From the human T2T-CHM13v2.0 reference genome, Homo sapiens: a stretch of 64,000 nt of DNA. Numbering within the stretch: the first letter of the stretch is position 1; every line of letters starts with the position of its first letter. Below, one piece after another: positions 40,455-54,670 of the stretch. The position numbers and the translations under genes are program-made. The notes below the pieces were generated by a model, which ran no database searches, had not been told where the DNA came from, and worked only from the letters and a program-made list of their open reading frames with translations. The DNA lies in NCBI RefSeq assembly GCF_009914755.1, contig NC_060948.1, one strand, 5' to 3'.

Positions 40455-43400
40455 GGCCTGGAATAAAGTGGAATGCTACGGTCTCGAATGGAATAAAAAT
40501 GTATGGAATGGAATGCAATGAATCGGAATCGAATGTCATAGAATGTAATGGAATGCAAAAAAATGGAATCCAAAATCATTGACTGGAAAGGCTGGGTGTC
40601 GAAAGGAATTGACTCCAATGGAATGGATTCGAATGGAATGGAAGTGAATAGAATCGAACTAAATCGAATGGAATGGAATTGATAGGAACGGAATGGAAAG
40701 GAATGCAATGATTTGGCATGGAATGGAATCGAATGGCATCGAATGGAATGGAATGGAATGCAATGGAATGGAATGTATTAGAATGTAATGAACATTAATG
40801 GAATGTACTCGAATGGATTCGACTGGAATGGAATGTTCTGGAAGTGAATGGACTCCAATGGAATGGATTCGAAAGGAATGGAATCGAACGGAATGGAATC
40901 TAATGGAATGGAATTAAATGGAAATGAATCAAATTGAATAGCACGGAATTGAATTGAATGGAATCGAATGCAATGGAATCTAATGAAACGGAAAGGAAAG
41001 GAATGGAATGGAATGGAATGGGATGGAATGGAAAGGAATCGAAACGAATGGAATGGAATTGAACTGAAGAGACTGGAATGGAATGCACTGGAATGGAAGG
41101 GAGTGTAATGGAAGGTTCTCGAAAAAAATGGAATCGAATGGAATGGAATTGAATGGAACGGAATAGAGTCGAATGGAATTGAATGGAATGGAATGGACTA
41201 GAGTGAAATGGAATCGAATCACAAGGAATGGACAGGAATAGAATGGTCTCGAATTGAATGGAATCATATGGAATGGCATCAAACGGAATGGAATGGACAG
41301 CCACGGAATGGAATGCACTCGAATGCAATGGAGTCGAAACTAATGGACTGGAATAGAATGGACTCGACTGGTACGGACTCCAATGGAATGGAATCGAATG
41401 GAAGGGAATCGAACGGAATGGACTCGAAGGGAAAAGACTGCAATGGAAAGGTCTCGAATGGAATGGAAATTAATGGAATGGAATGGAATCGAATGAAATG
41501 GAGTCAAAAGGAATGGAATCGAATGGCAAGAAATCGAATGTAATGGAATCGCAAGGAATTGATGTGAACGGAACGGAATGGAATGGAATCCAAAGGAATG
41601 GAATACAATGGAATGGAATCGAATGGAAAGGACTCGAATGGAAATCACTCGAATAGAATGCAATTTAATAAAATAGGATCAAATGTACTGGAATGGAATG
41701 GAAAGGAATCGAAACGAAAGGAATGGAGACAGATGGAATGGAATGGAACAGAGAGCAATGGTATAGAATGGAATGGAATCATCTGGAATGGAATTGAATG
41801 GAATGGAATAATATGAAATGGAATGGAATGGAATGGAATGCCCTTGAATTAAATGGACTGGAATGGAATGGACTCGAACAGAGTGGAATGGAAAGTGTTG
41901 AGATAGAATGGAATGGACTCCTTTGGAATGGTCTAGTAGGCAATGCCATCGACTGGCAGGGAATCAAAAGGAATGTAATCGAATGGATTGGACTGGAATG
42001 CAATGGACTCGAATAGATTGGAAACGGAATGCAAAGGAATGGAATGGAATAGTATGGAATGGAATGGAAAGGAATGGAGTGGAATAGACTAGAGTGGAAT
42101 GGAATGGACTCGAAAGCAATGAACTGGAATGGAACTTTCTTGAATGGACTGGAATCAAACGGAATGGAATGCAATGCAGTCAAATGGCATGGAATAAAAT
42201 AGAATGAAAGAGAATCAAATGGAATTGAATCGAATGGAATCGAATGGATTGGAAAGGAATAGAATGGAATGGAATGGAATTGACTCAAATGGAATGGACT
42301 AGAATGGAATGGATTCGAATGGAAGGCAAAGGAATGGAATCTATTGGAATGGACTGTAATGGAATGGAATGGAAGGGATTAGAATGGACTCGAATGGAAT
42401 GGACTGCAATAGAAAGGATTCGAATGGAATGAAAAAGAATTGAATGGAATAGAACAGAATGGAATCAAATCGAATGAAATGGAATGGAATAGAAAGGAAT
42501 GGAATGAAATGGAATGGAAAGGATTCGAATGGAATGCAATCGAATGGAATGGAATCGAACGGAATGGAATAAAATGGAAGAAAACTGGCAAGAAATGGAA
42601 TCGAAATGAATGGAGTGTTATGGAACGGACTCAAAAGGAATTGAATGTAATAGAATGGAGTGGAGTGGACTCGAATATAATGGACTGGAATGGAATGAAA
42701 TCACATGGAATGGGAACGAATGGAATGGAATGGAAAGGAATGGAATCGAATGGAAAGGAATCGAATGGAAGGGAATGAAATTGAATCAACAGGAATGGAA
42801 GGGAACAGAATAGACGGTAATGGAATGGACTCGAATAGAATGGACATGAATGCTCAAATTGAATGGACTCGAATGGAATGGAAACGAAAGGAATGTCATC
42901 GAATGGAATTGAATCGATTGGAAAGAAATCGCATTGAATGGAGTGGAATCAAATGGAATTGAATCGAAAGGAAAGGAAGCGAATGGAATGAAATGAAATG
43001 GAATGGAATTGAATGGAAAGTAATGCAATGGAATAGAATGGAACGAAATTTCACGGAATGGAATCAAACTGAATGGAATCAAATCAATGGAATCTAATCA
43101 AATGGAAGGGAAAGGAATTGAATGGAGTAGATTGGATTGGATGGGATTGAAAAGAAATGTACTGGAAAGGACTCGAATTTCATGAAACGGAATGGAATGA
43201 ATTGGAACGTAATGGACTCGAATGGAATGGAATGTCATGGAATGGCATCAAATGGAATGGCATCAAATGGAATGGAATCGAATGCAATGGAATGCTATGG
43301 AATGGAATGGAATGCATTGGAATGGAATGTCCTCTAATGGAATGGATTCGAGTGGAATGGAATCGAATATAATGGAGTCGAATGAAGTGGAATTGAAAGG

Positions 43401-44013
43401 AATGGGATCGAATAGAATGGAATATACTGGAATGTAATGTAATGAACTCGAATGTAATTGACTGGAATGGAATGTACATGAATGGAATGTAATCGAATGG
43501 AAAGTAATCCAATGGAATAGAATCTAATGCAATAAAATCGACTCAGATAGAGTAGAATGTAATGGAATGGAGTGCAGTGGAAAGGAATGGAATGGAATGG
43601 AATGCAATGGAATGGTATGGAATGGAATGGAATGGAATGGAATGGAATGGGATGGAATGGTATGGAATGGATAGTAATGGACTGGAGTGAAATGGACTGG
43701 AAAGGAATGGACGCAAATTGAAAGGGCTCGAAAGGAATGGAGTCAAATGGAATGGTCTGGAATGGAATGAACACGAATGTAATGCAATCCAATAGAATGG
43801 AATCGAATGGCATGGAATATAAAGAAATGGAATCGAAGAGAATGGAAACAAATGGAATGGAATTGAATGGAATGGAATTGAATGGAATGGGAAAGAATGG
43901 AGTGAAATTGTATGCAGTAGAAGAGAATAGAATGGAATGCAAGCGAAAGGAAAGGAATGGATTGGAATGGAATGGAATTCATTGAAATGGAAGGGAATGT
44001 AGTGTAATGGACA
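40455..44013 (+). repeat. DYZ1 unit U12 (3559 bp; paralog of U5)
   Basis: GGCC landmarks at 40455 and 44014. Confidence 0.93.
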
Positions 44014-47000
44014 GGCCTGGAATAAAGTGGAATGCTACGATCTCGAATGGAATAAAAATGTATGGAATGGAATGCAATGAAACGGAATCGAATGTCATAG
44101 AATGTAATGGAATGCAAAAAAATGGAATCCAAAATCATTGACTGGAAAGGCTGGGTGTCGAAAGGAATTGACTCCAATGGAATGGAATCGAATGGAATGG
44201 AAGTGAATAGAATCGAACTAAATCGAATGGAATGGAATTGATAGGAACGGAATGGAAAGGAATGCAATGATTTGGCATGGAATGGAATCGAATGGCATCG
44301 AATGGAATGGAATGGAATGCAATACAATGGAATGTATTAGAATGTAATGAAAATTAATGGAATGTACTCGAATGGATTCGACTGGAATGGAATGTTCTGG
44401 AAGTGAATGGACTCCAATGGAATGGATTCGAAAGGAATGGAATCGAACGGAATGGAATCTAATGGAATGGAATTAAATGGAAATGAATCAAATTGAATAG
44501 CACGGAATTGAATTGAATGGAATGGAATGCAATGGAATCTAATGAAACGGAAAGGAAAGGAATGGAATGGAATGGAATGGGCTGGAATGGAAAGGAATCG
44601 AAACGAATGGAATGGAATCGAACTGAAGAGACTGGAATGGAATGCACTGGAATGGAAGGGAGTGTAATGGAAGGTTCTCGAAAAAAATGGAATCGAATGG
44701 AATGGAATTGAATGGAACGGAATAGAGTCGAATGGAATTGAATGGAATGGAATGGACTAGAGTGAAATGGAATCGAACCACAAGGAATGGACAGGAATAG
44801 AATGGTCTCGAATTGAATGGAATCGTATGGAATGGCATCAAACGGAATGGAATGGACAGCCACGGAATGGAATGCACTCGAATGCAATGGAGTCGAAACT
44901 AATGGACTGGAATAGAATGGACTCGACTGGTACGGACTCCAATTGAATGGAATCCAATGGAAGGGAATCGAACGGAATGGACTCGAAGGGAAAAGACTGC
45001 AATGGAAAGGTCTCGAATGGAATGGAAATTAATGGAATGGAATGGAATCGAATGAAATGGAGTCAAAAGGAATGGAATCGAATGGCAAGAAATCGAATGT
45101 AATGGAATCGCAAGGAATTGATGTGAACGGAACGGAATGGAATGGAATCCAAAGGAATGGAATAGAATGGAATGGAATCGAATGGAAAGGACTCGAATGG
45201 AAATCACTCGAATAGAATGCAATTTAATAAAATAGGATCAAATGTACTGGAATGGAATGGAAAGGAATCGAAACGAAAGGAATGGAGACAGATGGAATGG
45301 AATGGAACAGAGAGCAATGGTATAGAATGGAATGGAATCATCTGGAATGGAATTGAATGGAATGGAATAATATGAAATGGAATGGAATGGAATGGAATGG
45401 AATGCCCTTGAATTAAATGGACTGGAATGGAATGGACTCGAACAGAGTGGAATGGAAAGTGTTGAGATAGAATGGAATGGACTCCTTCGGAATGGTGTAG
45501 TAAGCAATGCAATCGACTGGCAGGGAATCAAAAGGAATGTAATCGAATGGATTGGACTGGAATGCAATGGACTCGAATAGATTGGAAACGGAATGCAAAG
45601 GAATGGAATGGAATAGTATGGAATGGAATGGAAAGGAATGGAGTGGAATAGACTAGAGTGGAATGGAATGGACTGGAAAGCAATGGACTGGAATGGAACT
45701 TTCTTGAATGGACTGGAATCAAACGGAATGGAATGCAATGCAATCAAATGGCATGGAATAAAATAGAATGAAAGAGAATCAAATGGAATTGAATCGAATG
45801 GAATCGAATGGATTGGAAAGGAATAGAATGGAATGGAATGGAATTGACTCAAATGGAATGGACTAGAATGGAATGGATTCGAATGGAAGGCAAAGGAATG
45901 GAATCTATTGGAATGGACTGTAATGGAATGGAATGGAAGGGATTGGAATGGACTCAAATGGAATGGACTGCAATAGAAAGGATTCGAATGGAATGAAAAA
46001 GAATTGAATGGAATAGAACAGAATGGAATCAAATCGAATGAAATTGAATGGAATAGAAAGGAATGGAATGAAATGGAATGGAAAGGATTCGAATGGAATG
46101 CAATTGAATGGAATGGAATCCAACGGAATGGAATAAAATGGAAGAAAACTGGCAAGAAATGGAATCGAAATGAATGGAGTGTTATGGAATGGACTCAAAA
46201 GGAATTGAATGTAATAGAATGGAGTGGAGTGGACTCGAATATAATGGACTGGAATGGAATGAAATCACACGGAATGGGAACGAATGGAATGGAATGGAAA
46301 GGAATGGAATCGAATGGAAAGGAATCGAATGGAAGGGAATGAAATTGAATCAACAGGAATGGAAGGGAATAGAATAGACGGTAATGGAATGGACTCGAAT
46401 AGAATGGACACGAATGCTCAAATTGAATGGACTCGAATGGAATGGAAACGAAAGGAATGTCATCGAATGGAATTGAATCGATTGGAATGAAATCGCATAG
46501 AATGGAGTGGAATCAAATGGAATTGAATCGAAAGGAAAGGAAGCGAATGGACTGAAATGAAATGGAATGGAATTGAATGGAAAGTAATGCAATGGAATAG
46601 AATGGAACGAAATTTCACGGAATGGAATCAAACTGAATGGAATCAAATCAATGCAATCAAATCAAATGGAATGGAAAGGAATTGAATGGAGTAGATTGGA
46701 TTGGATGGGATTGGAATGAAATGTACTGGAAAGGACTCGAATTTCATGAAACGGAATGGAATGAATTGGAACGGAATGGACTCGAATGGAATGGAATGTC
46801 ATGGAATGGCATCAAATGGAATGGCATCAAATGGAATGTAATCGAATGCAATGGAATGTTATGGAATGGAATGGAATGCATTGGAATGGAATGTCCTCTA
46901 ATGGAATGGATTCGAGTGGAATGGAATCGAATATAATGGAGTCGAATGAAATGGAATTGAAAAGAATGGGATCGAATACAATGGAATATACTGGAATGTA

Positions 47001-47562
47001 ATGTAATGAACTCGAATGTAATTGACTGGAATGGAATGTACATGAATGGAATGTAATCGAATGGAAAGTAATCCAATGGAATAGAATCTAATGCAATAAA
47101 ATCGACTCAGATAGAGTAGAATGTAATGGAATGGAGTGCAGTGCAATGGAATGGAATGGAATGGAATGCAATGGAATGGAATGGAATGGAATGGAATGGG
47201 ATGGAATGGTATGGAATGGATAGTAATGGACTGGAGTGAAATGGACTGGAAAGGAATGGACTCAAATTGAAAGGGCTCGAAAGGAATGGAGACAAATGAA
47301 ATGGTCTGGAATGGAATGAACACGAATGTAATGCAATCCAATAGAATGGAGTCGAATGGCAGGGAATATAAAGAAATGGAATCGAAGAGAATGTAAACAA
47401 ATGGAATGGAATTGAATGGAATGGAATTGAATGGAATGGGAACGAATGGAGTGAAATTGTATGCAGTAGAAGAGAATAGAATGGAATGCAAGCGAAAGGA
47501 AAGGAATGGATTGGAATGGAATGGAATTCATTGGAATGGAAGGGAATGTAGTGTAATGGACA
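44014..47562 (+). repeat. DYZ1 unit U13 (3549 bp; paralog of U6)
   Basis: GGCC landmarks at 44014 and 47563. Confidence 0.93.
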
Positions 47563-50500
47563 GGCCTGGAATAAAGTGGAATGCTACGGTCTCGAATGGA
47601 ATAAAAATGTATGGAATGGAATGCAATGAAACGGAATCGAATGTCATAGAATGTAATGGAATGCAAAAAAATGGAATCCAAAATCATTGACTGGAAAGGC
47701 TGGGTGTCGAAAGGAATTGACTCCAATGGAATGGAATCGAATGGAATGGAAGTGAATAGAATCGAACTAAATCGAATGGAATGGAATTGATAGGAACGGA
47801 ATGGAAAGGAATGCAATGATTTGGCATGGAATGGAATCGAATGGCATCGAATGGAATGGAATGGAATGCAATGGAATGGAATGTATTAGAATGTAATGAA
47901 CTTTAATGGAATGTACTCGAATGGATTCGACTGGAATGGAATGTTCTGGAAGTGAATGGACTCCAATGGAATGGATTCAAAAGGAATGGAATCGTACGGA
48001 ATGGAATCTAATGGAATGGAATTAAATGGAAATGAATCAAATTGAATAGCACGGAATTGAATTGAATGGAATGGAATGCAATGGAATCTAATGAAACGGA
48101 AAGGAAAGGAATGCAATGGAATGGAATGGGCTGGAATGGAAAGGAATCGAAACGAATGGAATGGAATCGAACTGAAGAGACTGGAATGGAATGCACTGGA
48201 ATGGAAGGGAGTGTAATGGAAGGTTCTCGAAAAAAATGGAATCGAATGGAATGGAATTGAATGGAACGGAATAGAGTCGAATGGAATTGAATGGAATGGA
48301 ATGGACTAGAGTGAAATGGAATCGAACCACAAGGAATGGACAGGAATAGAATGGTCTCGAATTGAATGGAATCGTATGGAATGGCATCAAACGGAATGGA
48401 ATGGACAGCCACGGAATGGAATGCACTCGAATGCAATGGAGTCGAAACTAATGGACTGGAATAGAATGGACTCGACTGGTACGGACTCCAATGGAATGGA
48501 ATCGAATGGAAGGGAATCGAACGGAATGGACTCGAAGGGAAAAGACTGCAATGGAAAGGTCTCGAATGGAATGGAAATTAATGGAATGGAATGGAATCGA
48601 ATGAAATGGAGTCAAAAGGAATGGAATCGAATGGCAAGAAATCGAATGTAATGGAATCGCAAGGAATTGATGTGAACGGAACGGAATGGAATGGAATCCA
48701 AACGAATGGAATAGAATGGAATGGAATCGAATGGAAAGGACTCGAATGGAAATCACTCGAATAGAATGCAATTTAATAAAATAGGATCAAATGTAATGTA
48801 ATGGAATGGAATGGAATCGAAGCGAAAGCAATGGAGACAGATGGAATGGAATGGAACAGAGAGCAATGGTATAGAATGGAATGGAATCATCTGGAATGGA
48901 ATTGAATGGAATGGAATAATATGAAATGGAATGGAATGGAATGGAATGGAATGCCCTTGAATTAAATGGACTGGACTCGAACAGAGTGGAATGGAAAGTG
49001 TTGAGATAGAATGGAATGGACTCCTTTGGAATGGTCTAGTATGCAATGCAATCGACTGGCAGGGAATCAAAAGGAATGTAATGGAATGGATTGGACTGGA
49101 ATGCAATGGACTCGAATAGATTGGAAACGGAATGCAAAGGAATGGAATGGAATAGTATGGAATGGAATGGAAAGGAATGGAGTGGAACAGACTAGAGTGG
49201 AATGGAATGGACTGGAAAGCAATGGACTGGAATGGAACTTTCTTGAATGGACTGGAATCAAACGGAATGTAATGCAATGCAATCAAATGGCATGGAATAA
49301 AATAGAATGAAAGAGAATCAAATGGAATTGAATCGAATGGAATCGAATGGATTGGAAAGGAATAGAATGGAATGGAATGGAATTGACTCAAATGGAATGG
49401 ACTAGAATGGAATGGATTCGAATGGAAGGCAAAGGAATGGAATCTATTGGAATGGACTGTAATGGAATGGAATGGAAGGGATTGGAATGGCCTCGAATGG
49501 AATGGACTGCAATAGAAAGGATTCGAATGGAATGAAAAAGAATTGAATGGAATAGAACAGAATGGAATCAAATCGCATGAAATGGAATGGAATAGAAAGG
49601 AATGGAATGAAATGGAATGGAAAGGATTCGCATGGAATGCATTCGAATGGAATGGAATCGAACGGAATGGAATAAAATGGAAGAAAACTGGCAAGAAATG
49701 GAATCGAAATGAATGGAGTGTTATGGAACGGACTCAAAAGGAATTGAATGTAATAGAATGGAGTGGACTGGACTCGAATATAATGGACTGGAATGGGATG
49801 AAATCACATGGAATGGGAACGAATGGAATGGAATGGAAAGGAATGGAATCGAATGGAAAGGAATCGAACGGAAGGGAATGAAATTGAATCAACAGGAATG
49901 GAAGGGAATAGAATAGACGGTAATGGAATGGACTCGAATAGAATGGACACGAATGCTCAAATTGAATGGACTCGAATGGAATGGAAACGAAAGGAATGTC
50001 ATCGAATGGAATTGAATCGATTGGAATGAAATCGCATAGAATGGAGTGGAATCAAATGGAATTGAATCGAAAGGAAAGGAAGCGAATGGACTGAAATGAA
50101 ATGGAATGGAATTGAATGGAAAGTAATGCAATGGAATAGAATGGAACGAAATTTCACGGAATGGAATCAAACTGAATGGAATCAAATCAATGGAATATAA
50201 TCAAATGGAATGGAAAGGAATTGAATGGAGTAGATTGGATTGGATGGGATTGGAATGAAATTTACTGGAAAGGACTCGAATTTCATGAAACGGAATGGAA
50301 TGAATTGGAACGGAATGGACTCGAATGGAATGGAATGTCATGGAATGGCATCAAATGGAATGGCATCAAATGGAATGGAATCGAATATAATGTAATGCTA
50401 TGGAATGGAATGGAATGCATTTTAATGGAATGTCCTCTAATGGAATGGATTCGAGTGGAATGGAATCGAATATAATGGAGTCGAATGAAATGGAATTGAA

Positions 50501-51121
50501 AGGAATGGGATCGAATAGAATGGAATATACTGGAATGTAATGTAATGAACTCGAATGTAATTGACTGGAATGGAATGTACATGAATGGAATGTAATCGAA
50601 TGGAAAGTAATCCAATGGAATAGAATCTAATGCAATAAAATCGACTCAGATAGAGTAGAATGTAATGGAATGGAGTGCAGTGCAATGGAATGGAATGGAA
50701 TGGAATGCAATGGAATGGAATGGAATGGAATGGAATGGAATGGAATGGGATGGAATGGGATGGAATGGTATGGAATGGATAGTAATGGACTGGAGTGAAA
50801 TGGACTGGAAAGGAATGGACTCAAATTGAAAGGGCTCGAAAGGAATGGAGACAAATGGAATGGTCTGGAATGGAATGAACACGAATGTAATGCAATCCAA
50901 TAGAATGGAGTCGAATGGCATGGAATATAAAGAAATGGAATCGAAGAGAATGGAAACAAATGGAATGGAATTGAATGGAATGGAATTGAATGGAATGGGA
51001 ACGAATGGAGTGAAATTGTATGCAGTAGAAGAGAATAGAATGGAATGCAAGCGAAAGGAAAGGAATGGATTGGAATGGAATGGAATTCATTGGAATGGAA
51101 GGGAATGTAGTGTAATGGACA
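47563..51121 (+). repeat. DYZ1 unit U14 (3559 bp; extra internal HaeIII site)
   Basis: GGCC landmarks at 47563 and 51122; additional GGCC at 49489. Confidence 0.93.
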
Positions 51122-54100
51122 GGCCTGGAATAAAGTGGAATGCTACGGTCTCGAATGGAATAAAAATGTATGGAATGGAATGCAATGAAACGGAATCGAA
51201 TGTCATAGAATGTAATGGAATGCAAAAAAATGGAATCCAAAATCATTGACTGGAAAGGCTGGGTGTCGAAAGGAATTGACTCCAATGGAATGGAATCGAA
51301 TGGAATGGAAGTGAATAGAATCGAACTAAATCGAATGGAATGGAATTGATAGGAACGGAATGGAAAGGAATGCAATGATTTGGCATGGAATGGAATCGAA
51401 TGGCATCGAATGGAATGGAATGGAATGCAATGGAATGGAATGTATTAGAATGTAATGAACTTTAATGGAATGTACTCGAATGGATTCGACTGGAATGGAA
51501 TGTTCTGGAAGTGAATGGACTCCAATGGAATGGATTCAAAAGGAATGGAATCGTACGGAATGGAATCTAATGGAATGGAATTAAATGGAAATGAATCAAA
51601 TTGAATAGCACGGAATTGAATTGAATGGAATCGAATGCAATGGAATCTAATGAAACGGAAAGGAAAGGAATGGAATGGAATGGAATGGGCTGGAATGGAA
51701 AGGAATCGAAACGAATGGAATGGAATCGAACTGAAGAGACTGGAATGGAATGCACTGGAATGGAAGGGAGTGTAATGGAAGGTTCTCGAAAAAAATGGAA
51801 TCGAATGGAATGGAATTGAATGGAACGGAATAGAGTCGAATGGAATTGAATGGAATGGAATGGACTAGAGTGAAATGGAATCGAACCACAAGGAATGGAC
51901 AGGAATAGAATGGTCTCGAATTGAATGGAATCGTATGGAATGGCATCAAACGGAATGGAATGGACAGCCACGGAATGGAATGCACTCGAATGCAATGGAG
52001 TCGAAACTAATGGACTGGAATAGAATGGACTCGACTGGTACGGACTCCAATGGAATGGAATCGAATGGAAGGGAATCGATCGGAATGGACTCGAAGGGAA
52101 AAGACTGCAATGGAAAGGTCTCGAATGGAATGGAAATTAATGGAATGGAATGGAATCGAATGAAATGGAGTCAAAAGGAATGGAATCGAATGGCAAGAAA
52201 TCAAATGTAATGGAATCGCAAGGAATTGATGTGAACGGAACAGAATGGAATGGAATCCAAAGGAATGGAATAGAATGGAATGGAATCGAATGGAAAGGAC
52301 TCGAATGGAAATCACTCGAATAGAATGCAATTTAATAAAATAGGATCAAATGTAATGGAATGGAATGGAAAGCAATCGAAACGAAAGGAATGGAGACAGA
52401 TGGAATGGAATGGAACAGAGAGCAATGGTATAGAATGGAATGGAATCATCTGGAATGGAATTGAATGGAATGAAATAATATGAAATGGAATGGAATGGAA
52501 TGGAATGGAATGGAATGCCCTTGAATTAAATGGACTGGACTCGAACAGAGTGGAATGGAAAGTGTTGAGATAGAATGGAATGGACTCCTTCGGAATGGTG
52601 TAGTATGCAATGCAATCGACTGGCAGGGAATCAAAAGGAATATAATCGAATGGATTGGACTGGAATGCAATGGACTCGAATAGATTGGAAACGGAATGCA
52701 AAGGAATGGAATGGAATAGTATGGAATGGAATGGAAAGGAATGGAGTGGAATAGACTAGAGTGGAATGGAATGGACTGGAAAGCAATGGACTGGAATGGA
52801 ACTTTCTTGAATGGACTGGAATCAAACGGAATGGAATGCAATGCAATCAAATGGCATGGAATAAAATAGAATGAAAGAGAATCAAATTTAATTGAATCGA
52901 ATGGAATCGAATGGATTGGAAAGGAATAGAATGGAATGGAATGGAATTGACTCAAATGGAATGGACTAGAAGGGAATGGATTCGAATGGAAGGCAAAGGA
53001 ATGGAATCTATTGGAATGGACTGTAATGGAATGGAATGGAAGGGATTGGAATGGACTCGAATGGAATGGACTGCAATAGAAAGGATTCGAATGGAATGAA
53101 AAAGAATTGAATGGAATAGAACAGAATGGAATCAAATCGAATGAAATGGAATGGAATAGAAAGGAATGGAATGAAATGGAATGGAAAGGATTCGAATGGA
53201 ATGCAATCGAATGGAATGGAATCGAACGGAATGGAATAAAATGGAAGAAAACTGGCAAGAAATGGAATCGAAATGAATGGAGTGTTATGGAAGGGACTCA
53301 AAAGGAATTGAATGTAATAGAATGGAGTGGAGTGGACTCGAATATAATGGACTGGAATGGAATGAAATCACATGGAATGGGAACGAATGGAATGGAATGG
53401 AAAGGAATGGAATCGAATGGAAAGGAATCGAATGGAAGGGAATGAAATTGAATCAACAGGAATGGAAGGGAATAGAATAGACGGTAATGGAATGGACTCG
53501 AATAGAATGGACACGAATGCTCAAATTGAATGGACTCGAATGGAATGGAAACGAAAGGAATGTCATCGAATGGAATTGAATCGATTGGAATGAAATCTCA
53601 TAGAATGGAGAGGAATCAAATGGAATTGAATCGAAAGGAAAGGAAGCGAATGGACTGAAATGAAATGGAATGGAATTGAATGGAAAGTAATGCAATGGAA
53701 TAGAATGGAACGAAATTTCACGGAATGGAATCAAACTGAATGGAATCAAATCAATGGAATCAAATCAAATGGAATGGAAAGGAATTGAATGGAGTAGATT
53801 GGATTGGATGGGATTGGAATGAAATGTACTGGAAAGGACTCGAATTTCATGAAACGGAATGGAATGAATTGGAACGGAATGGACTCGAATGGAATGGAAT
53901 GTCATGGAATGGCATCAAATGGAATGGCATCAAATGGAATGGAATCGAATGCAATGGAATGCTATGGAATGGAATGGAATGCATTGGAATGGAATGTCCT
54001 CTAATGGAATGGATTCGAGTGGAATGGAATCGAATATAATGGAGTCGAATGAAATGGAATTGAAAGGAATGGGATCGAATACAATGGAATATACTGGAAT

Positions 54101-54670
54101 GTAATGTAATGAACTCGAATGTAATTGACTGGAATGGAATGTACATGAATGGAATGTAATCGAATGGAAAGTAATCCAATGGAATAGAATCTAATGCAAT
54201 AAAATCGACTCAGATAGAGTAGAATGTAATGGAATGGAGTGCAGTGCAATGGAATGGAATGTAATGGAATGCAATGGAATGGAATGGAATGGAATGGAAT
54301 GGAATGGGATGGAATGGTGTGGAATGGATAGTAATGGACTGGAGTGAAATGGAATGGAAAGGAATGGACTCAAATTGAAAGGGCTTGAAAGGAATGGAGT
54401 CAAATGGAATGGTCTGGAATGGAATGAACACGAATGTAATGCAATCCAATAGAATGCAATCGAATGGCATGGAATATAAAGAAATGGAATCGAAGAGAAT
54501 GGAAACAAATGGAATGGAATTGAATGGAATGGAATTGAATGGAATGGGAAGGAATGGAGTGAAATTGTATGCAGTAGAAGAGAATAGAATGGAATGCAAG
54601 CGAAAGGAAAGGAATGGATTGGAATGGAATGGAATTCATTGGAATGGAAGGGAATGTAGTGTAATGGACA
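51122..54670 (+). repeat. DYZ1 unit U15 (3549 bp)
   Basis: GGCC landmarks at 51122 and 54671. Confidence 0.93.

Larger units (their letters stand above)
26649..47970 (+). repeat. Higher-order block A' (about 6 DYZ1 units), second copy
   Basis: Unit-length series 3509/3513/3534/3539/3559/3549; near-identical to 1919-23245. Confidence 0.92.
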
